Virus record (IMG/VR): IMGVR_UViG_3300046820_001050
Coordinates: 1 to 64,000 of that record
DNA length: 64,000 nt
Direction: 5' to 3' (one strand)
DNA from: a virus
The first letter of the stretch is position 1, and the number at the start of each line of letters is the position of its first letter. The notes below the pieces were generated by a model that had not been told where the DNA came from, ran no database searches, and saw nothing but the letters and a program-made list of their open reading frames with translations. Position numbers and translations under genes: made by a program. Below, piece by piece: positions 55,601 through 64,000 of the stretch.

Positions 55601-55941
55601 CAGGATAGTTCACTAATCTTGTTAAGGTTTTCTAAACCAATTTGATTCTTGGCTAGAAGGATAATGTGATTATAGACAAGATCTTGCTGACCTTCTCTTT
55701 CAGACTTATCTCGTGTGTCAGATATGTCTGCACACATGTATCCTTCTAGACCTAGAATTGGCTTAATGCCCTTTGCTTTTGCAATACGGTGCAGTTCCCT
55801 ATGCCCAGATAAAGTACCGTGGTCAGTGATGGCAATTGCTGGCATCCCTAACTCAACTGCACGGTCAACGTATTCTTCTGGAGTAGCAATCCCATCAAAT
55901 AAACTAAAATGGGTATGGACATGTAAGCCGACGTAGTTCAT
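52666..55941 (-). CDS. dnaE: DNA polymerase III alpha subunit
   Basis: HVHTHFS.FDG PHP domain, GRGS.AGSLV, PDIDTD, KID.LGL, YQEQVM, YSFNKSH. Confidence 0.97.
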   Translation of the reverse strand: MNYVGLHVHTHFSLFDGIATPEEYVDRAVELGMPAIAITDHGTLSGHRELHRIAKAKGIKPILGLEGYMCADISDTRDKSEREGQQDLVYNHIILLAKNQIGLENLNKISELSWTDGFFKKPRFDFTILEKYKEGIIVSSACPSSVLVKALEEEEFALAKKYLTWFKERFGDDYYVEVMPHNEAHINKYLIELADEFGIKVIVTPDCHHVDPSQKEVQEFKLLMNTHGKFVKDATYEKSKKKGSMMERLDYLYGEDRQITFNKFDIHLLSYEEIKAAMEAQGIDRPDIYSNTLLLAETVGDYGIQEGLNLLPVQYKSPDKELAKAALEGLAERGLSENQEYLDRLEEELKIIKDKKFAPYFLVVSNMINWAKKEEIMVGPGRGSSAGSLVCYALKITDIDPIEHNLLFFRFINPERNDFPDIDTDIQDTRREEVKDYLVRQYRHVASIATFLEFTGKGIVRDVARVLNIPLSDVNKVLKTVDTWDDFCTSKSTREFREKYPEVEIYGEQLRGRIRGTGIHAAGVVTAKEPIFRYAPLETRSSTGSDERIPVVGVDMEEAERIGLIKIDALGLKTLSVLKNTIDIIKERDGKKIDLLKIKMDDANVYQMLSDGYTKGVFQCEAAPYTNLLVKMGVKNLNELAASNALVRPGAMNTIGKDYVDRKHGRQNISYTHQVLKQFTEDTYGCILYQEQVMQACVHLGGMSMSEADKVRKIIGKKKDAKEFDQFKEKFVEGASKFIAPNAARDLWHDFEAHAGYSFNKSHAVAYSTLSYWTAWLKYYYPLEFMYSVLKNEKDKDARTEYLIEAKRMGISIKLPHINDSDIDFKIEGKGIRFGLSAIKFISDKIGERYISARPFSSYKELEEFTFTKGNGVNSRALQALRVIGAATFNDNPRNDQEIKENLYEYLNLPEFNITIPSHYYAFIQDIVDFEEKGSYIFMGMVKSIKRGTGWSRVEILDKTGSVGIFDDENTTIETGRSYLVLCNDNRIVSFIPSDEIKESSHALVKFLSYKQLPYKDDEMFVVSFKPRITKTGKKMASLTLADTSRDLHSITVFPTSFAKAYMHIEEGKSYKFDFGKTKDGTVTLEDVHVS

Positions 55942-55942
55942 A

Positions 55943-56596
55943 TTACCAATCAGCGTTAGTTGCTGAAGTGGCAGATGGGCCATCAAAGCCCAAGTAGAAC
56001 GCTTCTTGTTCTGCGTAAGGAACCTTGCGTAGTGCAGACTCTAGTGGGTAAGGCTTAATCTCTCCCCAGTTGAATGGCTCCTTGTCTGGTGCAGATGGAA
56101 TCAATGTGTAATTGGTTTCAGTTCCCTGTCCGTTACGCTTTAACTTCCACTGTACATTTGAGATGCTTCCTGTTTCAAGAGCATACTCACGAATTGTGTT
56201 GAATGATGATTGCTTACTGATACCCATTGACCAGATTGCAACATATGGTGCTTCGATGCCGTCGTCTACAAGAACGTTGCAGTAGAAACGAAGACGTGCT
56301 CTCCAGCCAGCCTTTGGATCCTTGCGGTGCATCTCTTCAGCCCAGTCACGACCTTCTGTATCCATTGTATCTACAGCCTTACGCTTGTAGTCCTTTGGGT
56401 TTGTATGTTCTGATACAACAATTGCTAGTCCACGCTCTGCGTTATAGTTTGCTGAATCTTCATCGAGTTCTTCTAAGAACCTAATCTTTACTGATTGTCC
56501 ATCGGCAAGTTTTAACCACTTAACCTTTGGGCCATCTCCACCCTTTGGGCCATCTAGTACTGGACCCATTTCCTTTATTCCTCTTAGTATTGCCAT
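55943..56596 (-). CDS. single-stranded DNA-binding protein (gp32-like)
   Basis: WLKL.DGQS.KIRF...KR.G.G.ET.Y; acidic/aromatic C-terminus; next to dnaE. Confidence 0.75.
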   Translation of the reverse strand: MAILRGIKEMGPVLDGPKGGDGPKVKWLKLADGQSVKIRFLEELDEDSANYNAERGLAIVVSEHTNPKDYKRKAVDTMDTEGRDWAEEMHRKDPKAGWRARLRFYCNVLVDDGIEAPYVAIWSMGISKQSSFNTIREYALETGSISNVQWKLKRNGQGTETNYTLIPSAPDKEPFNWGEIKPYPLESALRKVPYAEQEAFYLGFDGPSATSATNADW

Positions 56597-56621
56597 GTGT
56601 TTTCTCCTTTGTGTTGTTATG

Positions 56622-57566
56622 TTAGTTTAGCATAGACTGTATTGATTTGTCAAACTGGAAGTCCAGTTCTTGAATTGACTTATCGTCCATGTCGCCTATA
56701 TCTTTGTATTGTTTATTTAGTTGTATTACAGATACACGAGAACCAAGTTTTTCAACTATCTTAGTTTTCATATTTCCACCTGCTTCATCGTTGTCTGCAA
56801 TAACAATTATATCATTAAAGTACTTCTGAAGCAATTCTATTTGTATATTTGATACATTGGACCCAAGTGTTGCTACTGCAGCGAAACCACACTGGTCAAG
56901 CCTGATAGCATCAAATGATGACTCTACAACGTATACCTTGCCATAACTTTTTACTCTATGCAAATTAAACAGTGTTTTTGATTTTGGTAAGCCTGGAGTA
57001 TTCTTAAATTCTTTTCCTTCAATTGATCTTCCAACAAATCCAATTGGCAAACCTTCTGGGCTATGAACTGGAACTGTAACCATGTCTTGCTTGTCTGAGT
57101 ATCCCAAAGAAAACTTTGATGCAGAAGTCTTTGTTATTTTTCTATAATTAAAATAATCTTTTGCTCTATCAGATGAAAGAAGATTATTGTGCAAGCGCTT
57201 AAGAACTAATTCATCAAACATTGCAAACTCAGGCTTCTGATAAAGAGCCTTATCGATATCTGTTTCAATGCTTGTTTCTGTTTCTTTACTTTTGATAAAT
57301 CTTGCAGCCTCAAAGTAGGTCCTGTTAGACATATGCATAACAAATTCAATAAATCCAGTTACGTGATGACATGCAAAACAAAAAAATGTTCCGTTATTCT
57401 TATCTATTTCTCCTGCTGGGGTTCTGTTGTTATTGTGATATGGACAAAAAATAATATAGTCTGAGTCGACCTCAGACTCAATAGTTACACCTGTTCCTGT
57501 GAGAACTCTTTTGATTTGCTCTTTTGTGTATACACTACTTTGCTTCCGTCTATTCCTGCTATCCAT
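56622..57566 (-). CDS. dnaG: DNA primase (CHC2 zinc finger plus TOPRIM)
   Basis: CPYH...CFAC; GR; VVES.FD; DNDEAG; KDIGD. Confidence 0.9.
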   Translation of the reverse strand: MDSRNRRKQSSVYTKEQIKRVLTGTGVTIESEVDSDYIIFCPYHNNNRTPAGEIDKNNGTFFCFACHHVTGFIEFVMHMSNRTYFEAARFIKSKETETSIETDIDKALYQKPEFAMFDELVLKRLHNNLLSSDRAKDYFNYRKITKTSASKFSLGYSDKQDMVTVPVHSPEGLPIGFVGRSIEGKEFKNTPGLPKSKTLFNLHRVKSYGKVYVVESSFDAIRLDQCGFAAVATLGSNVSNIQIELLQKYFNDIIVIADNDEAGGNMKTKIVEKLGSRVSVIQLNKQYKDIGDMDDKSIQELDFQFDKSIQSMLN

Positions 57567-57811
57567 TCGCTTTGTTTTCTCCCCGTATATGTTCCGTGTA
57601 CTGTTAATTCAAATTCAAAATATTTTTTCTTATGGTTATAGTCTAATGTAAAATCTGGGTCTATATCAAGTCTTGGCACATATCCAGACAGGCGCATCTC
57701 AGACTCAAGTAGTCTGATATATTCCTGCTTAAGCCTGCCAAGTGCTGATTCATCATGAATGACTCCACTCAAGTTGAACTTCTTGATAGGCTTGTGGTGA
57801 TAGTTTGCCAT
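57485..57811 (-). CDS. hypothetical protein
   Basis: MR.SGYVP.LDIDPDF pattern; between helicase and primase. Confidence 0.7.
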   Translation of the reverse strand: MANYHHKPIKKFNLSGVIHDESALGRLKQEYIRLLESEMRLSGYVPRLDIDPDFTLDYNHKKKYFEFELTVHGTYTGRKQSEWIAGIDGSKVVYTQKSKSKEFSQEQV

Positions 57812-57825
57812 GTAACATATTATAC

Positions 57826-59046
57826 CTACTTATCTTCATAGTCTTTATATCTGTAGTATCCCTTGTCAAAATCGACCTGCACAAGGAAATCTCCCATAAA
57901 TCCATTACGGTTCTTTCTAAATGCACACTCAATGATGTCGCTATTAGAGGCTCTTCCCAAAGCAATAACCCAGTCAGCATCATAGGCAATTTGTCTTGAC
58001 CAAGCAGTCTGTCCAAGTGTTGGTACTCCGCTTAGGTCATTAACATCATCTGGTGTAGCAGATGAGATAGCAATAATAGGAACTTCTTCACCAATAGCCA
58101 TAAGTTTAAGTTCTCGTGAAAGGTTCTTCATTCTTACCGTTTCATTATCTGACTTCTGATTAGGAGCCATCAACTGTAGGTAGTCTACAATTACAAAGTC
58201 TGGCTTATACTGATCAATCTTTCCACGAAGGACAGATGGGTTGATTTCTCCACCTTGATCATTTGAGATGATGTGAAACTCTGGCTTGCCCTTTAGATGT
58301 CTTTCATGCCATGCCTTAAGTGTGTCTAACTCAACATCTCCGTTAGATAGTTTTCTATGTGACCAAAGACCTTCTCCCATAATTGTGAATACACGATTAC
58401 GAACTTCTGTTTCAGACATCTCAAGCGAGATTACGAGTGGTGTCTTTCCCTGCTTCCAAGCCTGTACAGCGAAGTATAGAGCCATCCATGACTTTCCTAT
58501 ACCTGGATATGCTAAGAAAACTCCTAACTGCCCTGGCATAATTCCAGATGGAAGATAGTTATCAAACCCTGGAAGATTAGTTTTAATGCCAACATGTCCT
58601 GCTGCTTGCTGAATCTTTAAGTTTTCAAAGTATGCAATTGCAGATTCAAGGTCTGTAACATCGATGTCTCGGATTGCAGAAGTGTTTTTCTTTAACTCTG
58701 ATGTTTGTGTAATTAAATCATTTAATGCAACATTGCCCTGATTATTCTGAACATTGGTTGCTGCTGATCTTAGAATATCTTTAAGGCTATCATTTAGATA
58801 TTCTCCCTGTAACTCTTCAAGGTGATGCTTTGTTGCACCGACATTATCTATTGGAGAAAAATCTCTAAACTTTTCTGTTACAAGTTCTGCAGGAGGAAGA
58901 GACTTATTATTTTCAAAGTAAAGCCTAATGAAGTTCCAGATATCTCCGTGTGTTCTAAGAAGGTTATCTACATTTGCCTGTAAAAGAACATGGATCTGCT
59001 TATCCTGAAGAACTGCAGTAATTAGTTTGGACTCTGTATTATTCAC
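57826..59046 (-). CDS. dnaB: replicative DnaB-like helicase
   Basis: AYPGIGKS, SLEM, IVDYLQLM, SRELK..A, YDAD, KNRNG. Confidence 0.93.
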   Translation of the reverse strand: MNNTESKLITAVLQDKQIHVLLQANVDNLLRTHGDIWNFIRLYFENNKSLPPAELVTEKFRDFSPIDNVGATKHHLEELQGEYLNDSLKDILRSAATNVQNNQGNVALNDLITQTSELKKNTSAIRDIDVTDLESAIAYFENLKIQQAAGHVGIKTNLPGFDNYLPSGIMPGQLGVFLAYPGIGKSWMALYFAVQAWKQGKTPLVISLEMSETEVRNRVFTIMGEGLWSHRKLSNGDVELDTLKAWHERHLKGKPEFHIISNDQGGEINPSVLRGKIDQYKPDFVIVDYLQLMAPNQKSDNETVRMKNLSRELKLMAIGEEVPIIAISSATPDDVNDLSGVPTLGQTAWSRQIAYDADWVIALGRASNSDIIECAFRKNRNGFMGDFLVQVDFDKGYYRYKDYEDK

Positions 59047-59347
59047 TTAGCCACTCCTTAGCCATTCTTCTACGCTCTGCTCTCTCTTCGTCGTCTCTTT
59101 TTTTATCTTTTTGTGCCTGCAATATTTTTTCTGCGTTGTATGCAAAGTAGTTCCATGATGGATTCTCTGAAACCTTAAAGTAATACTCAAGTATATCGTA
59201 ACAGCCAGATAGTCCGTATGACTCTACAAGGCCATCAGAGGCCCACTGCTCTACGTTTAGATTCAGAGATGGCTTTGATTCGTACCTTGCGGTATGATAC
59301 TTACTGTATCTTGAAAGCAAAGCCATACGGTCTTTGCGTTCAGCCAT
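59039..59347 (-). CDS. hypothetical protein (possible helicase loader)
   Basis: overlaps dnaB start. Confidence 0.6.
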   Translation of the reverse strand: MAERKDRMALLSRYSKYHTARYESKPSLNLNVEQWASDGLVESYGLSGCYDILEYYFKVSENPSWNYFAYNAEKILQAQKDKKRDDEERAERRRMAKEWLSE

Positions 59348-59553
59348 TACTCGTTGATTTCAGACTTTGCTTCGTTAATCTTTTCAGTTAACTTGTCTTC
59401 AACAAACTTATAGACTCGCTCAAATGCTTGGTCTGGGCTTTCACCATTCCGTCTTGAGTCAACAACTCCAAGGTCAAGTCTTAGTGATTGAAAATTGCCA
59501 AGGTTAAGTGTATATCCTAATGTAACAGATATCTTTGTGTCTTCGTTTTCCAT
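59347..59553 (-). CDS. conserved phage protein
   Basis: V.LGYTLNLGNFQSLRLD. Confidence 0.75.
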   Translation of the reverse strand: MENEDTKISVTLGYTLNLGNFQSLRLDLGVVDSRRNGESPDQAFERVYKFVEDKLTEKINEAKSEINE

Positions 59554-59566
59554 TTCATACCTTTCG

Positions 59567-60109
59567 TTAAATAGATTCAGACCAGATTGGAATGAATCGA
59601 CCATCTTCAGTTCTCGTATATGTAAGTATACCATCGCCCATTCTTCGTGTCAACTCTTGTTTGCTGGGCGTAATATCATTTGTAATTAAATTATCTTTTC
59701 TTGGTCTACCAATATGGTACGTAGCAAGTATATCACGAATCTCTCTTACTTGCGATTCTGAGTAATATGATCTTACTTGGAAGCCTCTTGCTCCACCTTT
59801 TTGAGATCCCATTGGGAAAGGAATAACTCCTCGTCTCATTAGTGATGGCATATATTTTTTATGACGATTAACTAAATCAGCAGTCTCTCTAACCGTGTAT
59901 GCTCTTTCACGTTTCTTTTTAAAATCAGAAATTAAACAACTTTCAATTTGATCTTTAGTGATATTATAAACAGACATAATTCCATTAGACTTATTGAGAT
60001 GATGTATTCTTACTAAGTCTCCATTTAAGAACCAAACCTTTTTATTCCCTGGAATTACAGGGAGGACATTGTAGCCTTCGCTCTCAATACTTCCCTTTTT
60101 AACAGCCAT
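59567..60109 (-). CDS. MerR-like HTH DNA-binding protein
   Basis: YTVRETADLVNRH...G.IP.P...YYSE..V. Confidence 0.65.
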   Translation of the reverse strand: MAVKKGSIESEGYNVLPVIPGNKKVWFLNGDLVRIHHLNKSNGIMSVYNITKDQIESCLISDFKKKRERAYTVRETADLVNRHKKYMPSLMRRGVIPFPMGSQKGGARGFQVRSYYSESQVREIRDILATYHIGRPRKDNLITNDITPSKQELTRRMGDGILTYTRTEDGRFIPIWSESI

Positions 60110-60246
60110 GACCCCTCCGTAGAACTTTCTGGTGGGTTATAAAAGTTTCGTGATCCACAAGACATGCAGTATGTTTCAAGGTGGCCGACTGTGCTGTATT
60201 GTCTATCAAGAAACATTCTCCCTTTGCATTTTATACACGTTAGCAT
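60055..60246 (-). CDS. zinc-ribbon protein
   Basis: C..C.GRMFLDR...C..CG. Confidence 0.65.
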   Translation of the reverse strand: MLTCIKCKGRMFLDRQYSTVGHLETYCMSCGSRNFYNPPESSTEGSWLLKREVLRAKATMSSL

Positions 60247-60689
60247 TAGTTTGGTACGCCAATGATAATAAGATTAACATCAACAGACACATCTCCAGAG
60301 GTGTTAAATCTAACGACCCCTTCAAGACCTGAAGTTGTTACGCTCTTAAGAACAACCGTTACATTTTTACCAGCAACTGTGTTTCCAGTATTAATTGGTG
60401 TGGCTGTTGCAATTGGGGAGTACTTAAACTCTCCTGGGAAAGAATATGTAAAGGATTTTTCCTCACCTGCTGTTATAGTCCCGCTATTAACAACACGAAC
60501 ATATCCACCAATTACTCTTGCCTCTGTTGCTTTAATGTTTTGCTTACCAGCGTTAGGAGTGTCTATAGAAGTATACTTATAGGTTGATGGAGATATTGCT
60601 GTTGACAATTCATTGACTGCCTGGGCCAACTGAGAAATATAAGTAACATCTAAAGGTTGTCCTCTTTCGGGTAAAGGTATTTTTGCCAT
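60246..60689 (-). CDS. putative tail-associated protein
   Basis: beta-rich H-lectin/gp53-like C-terminus (F.Y.P...AT...VN.IIIG). Confidence 0.55.
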   Translation of the reverse strand: MAKIPLPERGQPLDVTYISQLAQAVNELSTAISPSTYKYTSIDTPNAGKQNIKATEARVIGGYVRVVNSGTITAGEEKSFTYSFPGEFKYSPIATATPINTGNTVAGKNVTVVLKSVTTSGLEGVVRFNTSGDVSVDVNLIIIGVPN

Positions 60690-60707
60690 GGTTATATAAT
60701 TATACCA

Positions 60708-61139
60708 CTAAACCGCTATTGGCGATGAGGTAAATAATGCAGCCCCAGAGAAATATTGCTTAGGATATGTTGGAAGTTGCACAGCAACACGCAGAGTTGA
60801 GACTGAATCTGCAATCAAGGTTGAAAACTGGGTTGATGATGAACTTGATATGTATGCCCAATCAGCACTATCTAATTTAAAATAAATATCATATTGCTTA
60901 ATTGCTGAGCCTGTAGGCTGCTTCCAAACCATATTTACTACATTTGCAGTTACCGTTACAGAACATTCTAATTGCTCTGGAGATGGATTTGATACATAAT
61001 AATATGGCGACCAATGAGAGGATCTGTTCTTGTCTTCTGAGATTATTCTATATCTTACAGAGTGCTTCTGTGTGGTTCCATTAAATGCTGGAAGATCTTC
61101 CTTTTTGATAACTACCTTTTTTATTTGTGAGTCTGCCAC
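60708..61139 (-). CDS. putative virion protein (FN3-like)
   Basis: VRYRI.SEDKNR.SHWSP; beta-sandwich composition. Confidence 0.55.
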   Translation of the reverse strand: MADSQIKKVVIKKEDLPAFNGTTQKHSVRYRIISEDKNRSSHWSPYYYVSNPSPEQLECSVTVTANVVNMVWKQPTGSAIKQYDIYFKLDSADWAYISSSSSTQFSTLIADSVSTLRVAVQLPTYPKQYFSGAALFTSSPIAV

Positions 61140-62257
61140 TATAGAACATCCATCCCAAACCTAAACTCAATATGATTAGTTGTATTAGCAGTCTTAGTAA
61201 TCGTCTCTGCATTTTTATTTTTAATGACTGAGTATCCTGTTAAACCATAGACTGGGTTTGAAGATGTAGTATTTTCTAATCGCAACGCATCTAAGCATAC
61301 GTAGTAATCATTTGATACTGCGCCATTCTTAATTACTGCAACATAAAACTTTACAACATCAACTACGCTCCAAGTAAAACCATTGCTCTTGTATAAATCT
61401 TGGAATGACTTCTGTGAAACAAAATATCTGTTAGTTGCAAAATCTATACCAGCATCAGACTCTTTAACTACTGTCTCAAACCTTGCCCATTCTCCAGTTC
61501 CATGAACATCAGACTCTGCAAACTCTATCATTATTCTAACCTCATCTGGCTGAACATTTGATTCTCCGTCTTTGTTGACTACAGAAAATGCAAGTCTGAG
61601 ATCATCTGTTGGTGCATTCTTATTAAAGTCAAGTGCTGCGCCAGTAAGGTGTATATGCTTTGAGGCAGGTGGAACAACTAAATGGCCACCAGATACAGAA
61701 AGATTTGTCATATCTCCTCTTATAACCATAATGTTATTTAAGAATCTGCATCTTTCATACCTGTTCACACGTTCTTGGTTTGTAAAAATCTTGTTGTTTG
61801 CATTTGTTTGAAACACTTGATCCGTAATATTGATAATGTTGTCGTCTGAATCTAACGGTGTATAGTATACGGGAATCGCTGTTGCTGTTGTTGTTCCATG
61901 GTATTCCCAGTTTTCATTTGAAGTAAATGAATAAATGTTCTTGCTATCATATGCTCCTGCTGTTGGATTTGATCCCGCAGACCAAACACCAACCTCTGTA
62001 ATCTCATATCTTTCTGCCGTAGGAAGTTCTGCAGTAAAGACTATCTTTGACTGTCCGCCCTCTGTAACATAGCCACGAGATGTAATTGGCACACGAAACA
62101 TTTCAAAATCTAATGCTTGTTTGCCTGAGTAGTCTCCAAGAGTTGCGTCTGTGTTTAGTGGCTTTGCTCCACAGCCTATGGCAATATATGAAGCATATGC
62201 AGGTGCTTGACCTACAAGATACTTTGCCAGAATGTTCTTACCTGTATTAGTTATCAT
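61139..62257 (-). CDS. putative baseplate/tail protein
   Basis: MITNTGK..LAKYL...YIAIG.G...L.FE..R.PI...ITEVGV. Confidence 0.65.
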   Translation of the reverse strand: MITNTGKNILAKYLVGQAPAYASYIAIGCGAKPLNTDATLGDYSGKQALDFEMFRVPITSRGYVTEGGQSKIVFTAELPTAERYEITEVGVWSAGSNPTAGAYDSKNIYSFTSNENWEYHGTTTATAIPVYYTPLDSDDNIINITDQVFQTNANNKIFTNQERVNRYERCRFLNNIMVIRGDMTNLSVSGGHLVVPPASKHIHLTGAALDFNKNAPTDDLRLAFSVVNKDGESNVQPDEVRIMIEFAESDVHGTGEWARFETVVKESDAGIDFATNRYFVSQKSFQDLYKSNGFTWSVVDVVKFYVAVIKNGAVSNDYYVCLDALRLENTTSSNPVYGLTGYSVIKNKNAETITKTANTTNHIEFRFGMDVL

Positions 62258-62260
62258 TTT

Positions 62261-62755
62261 TTATACCGCCCCATATATTGTACCATTAAGTATCTCACCG
62301 TTGTTTACTATTTGAACCTCTATTTGCTCATCTGAATCAAGGTTAGTTACATTGATTACCAAGTCACCTGTTGCTTGATCTATATAGACTATCTGTCCAG
62401 CAGGTCCTGAGCCTACTGATGGTATCTTGTTCTCAAGTCTAATTGGAAAGTTCTTAAAATAAGTATCTGCTGTGTTCTCAAGTTTAATTATATTGTTAGG
62501 GTTGTATTCTAAGTAAAGGCTTTGCAGGTTTTTAATTGGGCTATACAAAACATCCTGTCCATTAATGATGTCATTTCTTGATATGTTAATTAATTCTTGG
62601 CCTCCTATATTTTCAAATATAAGATCTGACATAATATCAATTTCAAGTGGTGGGTTGCTAAGAGCAATCAAGGAAGGAGTTGCAACCTTAACCGCTGGAT
62701 TAACTACTGGCTTTGCCTGGGACGCTGGTTGATTTGCTACTGAATCAGTTGCCAT
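62261..62755 (-). CDS. putative virion protein
   Basis: position in tail module. Confidence 0.55.
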   Translation of the reverse strand: MATDSVANQPASQAKPVVNPAVKVATPSLIALSNPPLEIDIMSDLIFENIGGQELINISRNDIINGQDVLYSPIKNLQSLYLEYNPNNIIKLENTADTYFKNFPIRLENKIPSVGSGPAGQIVYIDQATGDLVINVTNLDSDEQIEVQIVNNGEILNGTIYGAV

Positions 62756-64000
62756 TAAACTACCTCACTTAAAAATAATGTCATTTCTGGACCATCTTTT
62801 TCTTTAGAATATTCTATATTATATACCACAAACCTTGCGTCTTTAGATCCGATCTTATCTATTTGATTTTCAACGTAGTCAACAGATACAATGTCTCCAA
62901 GTTGAATCATTGGGTTTGCAAAAACCTTAACGCCTATAGACTTTCTTGGCTTCATTATTTTTTTAATTACCCAAGCCAAAAGGTTTTCTGCGTCATCGTG
63001 TGACTGAATATATGGAGCCTCTAATGAAAAATCCTTTTTGCCATAAGTCATGCGACTTAATTTTATGTCCTCATAATCTTTTGCAATTTTATTAGGATAT
63101 GATACTAGCGAATTACCAACAAACTGTGGGTCTGCTAAATTGCTATTCTTTGAAAAGTATTCGTCAACAGTAAGATCGTTGTTTGATTGCTGAGTAAATG
63201 TAATGCCTTGAATTCTTAGATAGTTTCCGCTTGTCTCATCAAGGCTGAGTGCTGTGTCTGTAGAATTAAATATTAAAAATTCTGCTCCATATGCCCCTGC
63301 TCTAAATCCTGAAATAGCATAACCCTTTAATCTATTAAATGTTGGAGATAACTTTGCATACAAAGCAGGATATGCCTTGTCATATTTAAAATTAAATGAT
63401 GCTGCTTCTCTCATTATTGTTCCAAACTCTTCAAAGTACATGCTAAACTTTGGAGGCTCAGCAGAACTAATACCAGTAAGATAGGTTGATTGAACTGCAC
63501 CTGACATGGCGTATTTCATAAATGAATCGTTTGCATTTATTTCAGAATCTCCAAATGCTGAACTAATCGGTGCATCAATTTGAAACGCTGTATTTTGTGA
63601 ATAGTTGTTTGCCAATGCATAGATATTTTCAAACATAACTCTTGAAGATCCACGAACAAACAATGACATATTGTTATATATTGGAAGCGGGTCAGTGTCA
63701 TCTATTGTAGCGATTAGGTTATTGTTTAGATACAGAAAGAACCTTCTGCGTGAGCCTATCTCTTGATACTCAACTGCTAAGTCATATACTGTTGGGTTTT
63801 CTTCTGCAGCCATTCTGTACTGTCCCGTGAATTTTCCATCGTCTACAATTATGTTTGTAAGTCCTTCATACAGTTTTACTGGCACTGCAGATGTAGTTGC
63901 TGTTCCAGTAGTAGCAGCCTTTAGTTTATAGAATATAACATTATGAACATTGTCTTGCTCAGAATTATTAAGGTTGTTTGCTCCCAGCGCAATGATTTCA
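62755..64000 (-). CDS. C-terminal part of a large minor tail protein (runs off the window)
   Basis: frame open to the window edge; YGK...YIQS...NP.IQLGDIV host-specificity-like ending. Confidence 0.7.
   Translation of the reverse strand, partial: EIIALGANNLNNSEQDNVHNVIFYKLKAATTGTATTSAVPVKLYEGLTNIIVDDGKFTGQYRMAAEENPTVYDLAVEYQEIGSRRRFFLYLNNNLIATIDDTDPLPIYNNMSLFVRGSSRVMFENIYALANNYSQNTAFQIDAPISSAFGDSEINANDSFMKYAMSGAVQSTYLTGISSAEPPKFSMYFEEFGTIMREAASFNFKYDKAYPALYAKLSPTFNRLKGYAISGFRAGAYGAEFLIFNSTDTALSLDETSGNYLRIQGITFTQQSNNDLTVDEYFSKNSNLADPQFVGNSLVSYPNKIAKDYEDIKLSRMTYGKKDFSLEAPYIQSHDDAENLLAWVIKKIMKPRKSIGVKVFANPMIQLGDIVSVDYVENQIDKIGSKDARFVVYNIEYSKEKDGPEMTLFLSEVV

Noticed and set aside
45060-59046. 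Inteins or introns in terminase, RecA, DnaE, DnaB
   Set aside because: Lengths are ordinary and no intein or LAGLIDADG motifs or frame breaks were seen.
1-64000. Alternative genetic code or integrated prophage/host DNA
   Set aside because: Long genes are intact under code 11 and all three stops are used; no integrase, att site or host housekeeping block is visible.

Overview
A 64-kb segment of a large, AT-rich tailed dsDNA phage that very probably infects an Actinobacterium. Evidence is WhiB, many leaderless genes and a DnaE/RecA/DnaB/SSB/Cas4-like/terminase layout like large Streptomyces BE/BK-type phages; low GC suggests a freshwater acI-type host (inference). Layout: (1) 1-9.3 kb, + strand: modular early-type region of small genes with repeated regulatory motifs. 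(2) 9.3-10.1 kb: repeat-rich, DnaA-box-containing origin or terminus candidate. (3) 10-20 kb, + strand: accessory genes and tRNAs. (4) 20-64 kb, - strand: accessory modification enzymes (about 10 2OG-Fe(II) oxygenase domains in the whole window, carbamoyltransferase, SGNH-like, GT-like, APS kinase fusion), lysis genes, secreted surface proteins, terminase, replication genes and the start of the tail module. Six tRNAs. Strongest unexplained signals: a 7-copy covarying H-type RNA pseudoknot placed after stop codons and before tRNAs; two tandem structured ncRNAs with their own promoters; an LLM monooxygenase fused to a catalytically dead 2OG domain; a TGTCAG-N10-TANNNT promoter class; a C-terminal peptide tag shared by the holin-like protein and the endolysin; an AUA-initiated surface protein; and AGCT avoidance that appears to have reshaped tRNA D-stems. 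All calls are by eye; no database searches were run.
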